Assembly (NCBI GenBank): GCA_041496385.1
Contig: JBGQEL010000132.1
Coordinates: forward strand, 1-11,251
DNA length: 11,251 bases
Origin: Candidatus Methylomirabilia bacterium
Lineage (GTDB): Bacteria > Methylomirabilota > Methylomirabilia > Rokubacteriales > CSP1-6
Reading direction: 5' to 3'
Part shown: piece after piece, positions 8,027-11,251 of the stretch
Layout: each line of letters begins with the position of its first letter
Position numbering within the stretch: the stretch's first letter is position 1
Translations under genes and position numbers: made by a program
The notes under the pieces: generated by a model
Databases searched by the model: none
Told to the model about the DNA's origin: nothing
Seen by the model: the letters and a program-made list of their open reading frames with translations, nothing else

Positions 8027-9241
8027 TCACGCGCGCGGCCCGCGTCCGGCGCCGATCGCGCCGGCGCGGCGCAGCGCCGCGATCTCCGCGTCGCCGAGTC
8101 CGAGCTGCTCGCGCAGCACCTCGTCCGTGTGCTCGCCGAGCCGGGGCGCGGGCGCGCGCACGCCGCCGGGGGTCTCGGACAGGCGGACGGGCGGGCCGAC
8201 CACGCGCACCGTGCCCGCGGTCGGGTGCTCGCACGGGACGAGCACGCCGCGCGCCCGCACTTGCGGATGGTCGACGACGCGGTCGATGGTATTGATGGCG
8301 CCCATGGGGATGCCCGCCGGCACGAGCACGGCTTCCCACTCCGCGTACGTCTTCGTGAGGAAGATCGCCTGGAGCCGCGCGACGAGCGCCGCGCGGTTCT
8401 TCACGCGCGCGGCGTTGTCCTGGAACAGGGGATCGTCGGTCATCTCCGGCGCGCCGATGAGCGGGCAGAAGTCCTTCCAGAGCTTCTCGCTGCCGACCGC
8501 GAGCGCCAGGTCCTGCGTCTTCGTGCGGAACGTCTGGTAGGGCAGGAGCGCCTTGTAGGCGGTGCCCATCGGCCCCGGGACGGCGCCGTCGGCGAGGTAG
8601 GCGACCACCAGGGACTGCAGCAGGCCGAGCTGGCCCTCGAGCATCGAGACGTCCACGTGCTGGCCGCGCCCCGTCTTCTCGCGCGCGCGCAGCGCCGCCA
8701 TGATGCCGAAGGCGGCGTACATGCCGGCCGTCATGTCTGCGATGGAGACGCCGCAGCGCACGCCGCGCCCGCCCTCCTCGCCCGTGACGCTCATCATCCC
8801 GCTCTCGGCCTGCACGATCAGGTCGAGGGCGGCGCGGTCGCGGTACGGCCCGGTCTGGCCGAAGCCCGAGACCGAGCAATAGATGATGCGGGGGTTGCGG
8901 GCGCGTCCGGCCTCGTAGCCGAGGCCGAGCTTGTCGAGCACGCCCACCCGATAGTTTTCCAGCACCACGTCGGCGCGCTCGAGCAGCCTGAAGAACAGCG
9001 CGCGGCCCTCGGCGTGCTTGAAGTCGATCACCACGCTCCGCTTGTTGCGGTGCAGGCTGACGAAGTAGGACGGCTCGGTGCCGTAGAAAGGTGGGCCCCA
9101 CGCGCGCGCGATGTCGCCCGACGGCGGCTCCACCTTGATGATCCGCGCGCCGAAGTCGCCGAGCATGGTGGACGCGAACGGCCCCGCGAGCGCGTGCGAC
9201 AGGTCGAGGACCGTGACGTCGTCGAGCGGCAGGACGCTCAC
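8027..9241 (-). CDS. Family III CoA-transferase (CaiB/BaiF), about 404 aa
   Basis: LPLDDVTVLDLSHALAGPFASTMLGDFGARIIKVEPP, HRNKRSV, ADVVLENYR, SVSGFGQTGPY, catalytic Asp in SIADMTAG, and C-terminal APRLGEHTDEVL. GTG at 9241 follows GGAG and lies 1 nt after the SDR stop. Confidence 0.95.
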   Translation of the reverse strand: MSVLPLDDVTVLDLSHALAGPFASTMLGDFGARIIKVEPPSGDIARAWGPPFYGTEPSYFVSLHRNKRSVVIDFKHAEGRALFFRLLERADVVLENYRVGVLDKLGLGYEAGRARNPRIIYCSVSGFGQTGPYRDRAALDLIVQAESGMMSVTGEEGGRGVRCGVSIADMTAGMYAAFGIMAALRAREKTGRGQHVDVSMLEGQLGLLQSLVVAYLADGAVPGPMGTAYKALLPYQTFRTKTQDLALAVGSEKLWKDFCPLIGAPEMTDDPLFQDNAARVKNRAALVARLQAIFLTKTYAEWEAVLVPAGIPMGAINTIDRVVDHPQVRARGVLVPCEHPTAGTVRVVGPPVRLSETPGGVRAPAPRLGEHTDEVLREQLGLGDAEIAALRRAGAIGAGRGPRA

Positions 9242-9242
9242 G

Positions 9243-10106
9243 TCAGATCTCCGAGTATCCGCTGCCGCGGGTCTCGACACCGCGCCCCCTGCCCTCGGTC
9301 ACCCAGCCGAATTCCTTCAGGATCTGCTGGCTGTAGGTCACGCGTCCGGTCACCCGGTCGAGGGCCTCGGTCGCGAGCAGGAGCGCCGCCTTCGCCATGA
9401 GCTCCGGCGGCTCGCCGCGCGGGTCGTCCATGCTCGTCACGAGACGGTGGTAGACGGTGCCGGGCGTGGGCACGACCTGCGAGGGCGACACGCACGTGAC
9501 CGACACGCCGTGCGGGTAGACCTCGGCGGCGAGCCCCTGCGTGAACCGCTCGAGCGCCGCCTTCTCGGCGCCGTAGCACGTGCCGCCTCGCGCGCCGGCG
9601 GCGGCATCCGGGTAGGGGCCCCGGCCGGGGCCGATCGCGGCGCCGGAGGAGATGTTGACGATCGCGCCCGACCGCCGCGGGATCATGTCGGCGAGCACGA
9701 GCTGGCTCAGGACGAACGGCGCCTGGAAGTTCACCGCCCACGAGCGCAGCCACTTGTTCACGGGGAAGTCCTTCACCGGCAGGTAGTAGGTGAGCGCGGC
9801 GTTGTTGACGAGCACGTCCACCGGCCCGTAGACGTCGCGGGCCCCGCGGATCAGCTTCTCGCAGTCGGCGGGCTCCGCGATGTTCGCGACCACCGCGCGC
9901 GCCTCGCCGCCGGCCGCGCGGATCTCGGCGACGGTCGTCTCGAGCGAGCCCGCGAGCGGGTGCTCGCCCTCGCGCAGCGTGCGCGCCGCGCAGACGACGC
10001 GTCCGCCCTCGGCCGCGAACAGCCGCGCGATCTCGGCGCCGATGCCGCGGGAGGCGCCCGTCACCACGACGACCCTGCCGTCGAGCCGTCCCGCCGAGCC
10101 GCTCAC
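9243..10106 (-). CDS. Short-chain dehydrogenase/reductase (SDR)
   Basis: Rossmann motif VVTGASRGIG, LVNNAA, IVNISS and catalytic YxxxK (YGAEK). The insertion AARTLREGEHPLAGSLETT resembles HSDL2/DHRS1-like SDRs. Confidence 0.94.
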   Translation of the reverse strand: MSGSAGRLDGRVVVVTGASRGIGAEIARLFAAEGGRVVCAARTLREGEHPLAGSLETTVAEIRAAGGEARAVVANIAEPADCEKLIRGARDVYGPVDVLVNNAALTYYLPVKDFPVNKWLRSWAVNFQAPFVLSQLVLADMIPRRSGAIVNISSGAAIGPGRGPYPDAAAGARGGTCYGAEKAALERFTQGLAAEVYPHGVSVTCVSPSQVVPTPGTVYHRLVTSMDDPRGEPPELMAKAALLLATEALDRVTGRVTYSQQILKEFGWVTEGRGRGVETRGSGYSEI

Positions 10107-10113
10107 GCGCCGC

Positions 10114-10464
10114 TCACTCGAGCGTGACGAAGATGCAGTTCCGGAGCTTGCCGTCGAGCGCCTTGGAGAGATGCCCCTTGCCCCACGTGTCCTCGACCAG
10201 GAGCACCTCGCCCGCGCCGATACGCCGGCTCTCGCCGTCGCCCGCGGTGATCTGGACGCCCGCGTCGAGGTTGATGATGTACTGGCGCCGGGGCGCCGGG
10301 TGCCAGTCGAGATCGTAGTCGGGCTGAACCTCCCGGAAGATGATCCCGGTGGCCGGCTGGCGCGCCGAGAGGCGCCCGGCGCGGGTCGACTCGACGTACG
10401 CCACCTCGACGTTCTCGAAGTGCGACTGCCCGTCCTTGTCCGCGTAGAGCCTGTGGATCTTCAT
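10114..10464 (-). CDS. Small cupin-domain protein (116 aa)
   Basis: MKIHRLYADKDGQSHF..., DWHPAPRRQY.INL, GDGESRRIGAGEVLLVEDTWGKGH are cupin metal-binding-type motifs. An alternative ATG at 10473 overlaps the -10 box. Confidence 0.88.
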   Translation of the reverse strand: MKIHRLYADKDGQSHFENVEVAYVESTRAGRLSARQPATGIIFREVQPDYDLDWHPAPRRQYIINLDAGVQITAGDGESRRIGAGEVLLVEDTWGKGHLSKALDGKLRNCIFVTLE

Positions 10465-10471
10465 GCGCGGC

Positions 10472-10479
10472 ATTATACT
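10472..10479. promoter_or_regulatory. Bidirectional -10 element: TATAAT on - (10477-10472) and TATACT on + (10474-10479), serving two leaderless genes
   Basis: AT-rich island ATTATACT in high-GC DNA. It lies 7 nt from the minus-strand ATG (10464) and 6 nt from the plus-strand ATG (10486). The 21-bp spacer has no SD. Confidence 0.75.
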
Positions 10480-10485
10480 TCCGGG

Positions 10486-11251
10486 ATGACGCGAAAACCG
10501 GCGGTCAGCCTCGTGGCGGTGGCGGGCCGGCGCCGCGCGACGCTGGAGCTGGCCGAGCGGCTCGAGCAGGAGGGCTTCAGCGGGATCTACTGCCCGAGCC
10601 CGGGCGACGGCCTGGCGCTGTGCGAGGCGCTGGCGCTCGTCACGCGCACGATCCCGATCGGCACCAGCATCGCCAACATCTATACGCGTCACCCGCTCGA
10701 GTACGCCCAGACCGCGGCGCTCGTCCACGAGCTGTCGGGCGGGCGCTTCAGCTTCGGCGTGGGCGTGAGCCACGGCCCGATCCACGAGCGTCTGGGGATC
10801 CGGCCCGGCCGGCCGCTCGAGGACATCCGGCGGTTCGTGGCCGATCTCACGGCGCACGCGACCCAGGTCGGCGCGCTCCCGCCCGTCGTGCTCGCGACGC
10901 TGCGGCGCCGGATGGTCGCGCTGGCCGGCGAGATCGCGCGGGGAGCCGTGTGGGCGAACGGCGCGCGCTCGCACATGGCCGAGTCGCTCCGCCATCTTCC
11001 CGCCGCGGCCCGGAACGACCCGGCGTTCTTCATCGGCGACATGGTGCCCCTCTGCGTGGACGAGGACCGCGCCGCCGCGGCGGCCGTCATGCGCCGGACG
11101 CTCACGCCCTACGCCCGCCTGCCGAACTATCAGGACTACTGGATCGAGGCCGGTTACGAGGAGGAGATGCTCGCGATCCGGCAGGCGATCGCGGGCGGCG
11201 AGGCCGCGCGCATTCCCGAGCTGATGTCCGACCGCTGGCTCCGGGACGTGA
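10486..11251 (+). CDS. LLM-class (luciferase-like) flavin/F420-dependent oxidoreductase, 3'-truncated by the window edge
   Basis: Manual translation: MTRKPAVSLVAVAGRRRATLELAERLEQEGFSGIYCPSPGDGLALCEALALVTRTIPIGTSIANIYTRHPLEYAQTAALVHELSGGRFSFGVGVSH...PPVVLATLRRRMVALAGEIARG...YARLPNYQDYWIEAGY. No stop before the window end. Confidence 0.9.
   Translation, partial: MTRKPAVSLVAVAGRRRATLELAERLEQEGFSGIYCPSPGDGLALCEALALVTRTIPIGTSIANIYTRHPLEYAQTAALVHELSGGRFSFGVGVSHGPIHERLGIRPGRPLEDIRRFVADLTAHATQVGALPPVVLATLRRRMVALAGEIARGAVWANGARSHMAESLRHLPAAARNDPAFFIGDMVPLCVDEDRAAAAAVMRRTLTPYARLPNYQDYWIEAGYEEEMLAIRQAIAGGEAARIPELMSDRWLRDV

Noticed and set aside
6462..9101. 879-aa ORF suggesting a CoA-transferase/carboxyltransferase fusion or frameshift
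   Set aside because: The first ~364 aa are an off-frame shadow of the CoA-transferase. Each gene has its own stop or start and SD (TGA at 8027-8029, ATG at 8009).
1368..10127. Long plus-strand ORFs antisense to real genes (1368-2396, 2368-3324, 5762-6616, 6066-6893, 6939-8540, 8129-9400, 9111-10127)
   Set aside because: These are typical stop-poor shadow frames of high-GC coding DNA, with no recognisable motifs.
10114..10995. 293-aa minus ORF and the 138-aa minus ORF at 10689-11105
   Set aside because: Only the last 116 aa (cupin) look real. The rest is antisense to the LLM gene.
1..11251. CRISPR array, tRNA/rRNA, integrase/transposase, toxin-antitoxin or defence genes
   Set aside because: I found no regularly spaced direct repeats, cloverleaf patterns or matching protein motifs by reading.

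Overview
High-GC (roughly 70% by eye) bacterial metabolic region. The gene content is compatible with a soil lineage such as Ca. Rokubacteria/Methylomirabilota, but that is inference only. From left to right: 3' part of a two-domain sugar/nucleoside-type ABC ATPase (+); a ~207-bp intergenic element of nested inverted repeats; an aldo/keto reductase (-); a small exported hypothetical protein (-) divergent from an exported SnoaL/NTF2-like protein (+); an orphan, lower-GC ABC substrate-binding protein (-); a tightly packed minus-strand operon, in transcription order cupin, SDR, family III CoA-transferase, acyl-CoA carboxyltransferase, GlcG/HbpS-like protein, secreted tannase/feruloyl-esterase; and a divergent luciferase-like (LLM) oxidoreductase (+) that the ORF track missed because it runs off the window. 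The most notable observations are the rod-like palindromic element at 1137-1343, a 21-bp divergent spacer holding overlapping -10 hexamers that would give two leaderless mRNAs (10465-10485), and a putative uncharacterised ester/organic-acid catabolic operon whose carboxyltransferase has no biotin partner in the window. I saw no rRNA, tRNA, CRISPR array or transposase.
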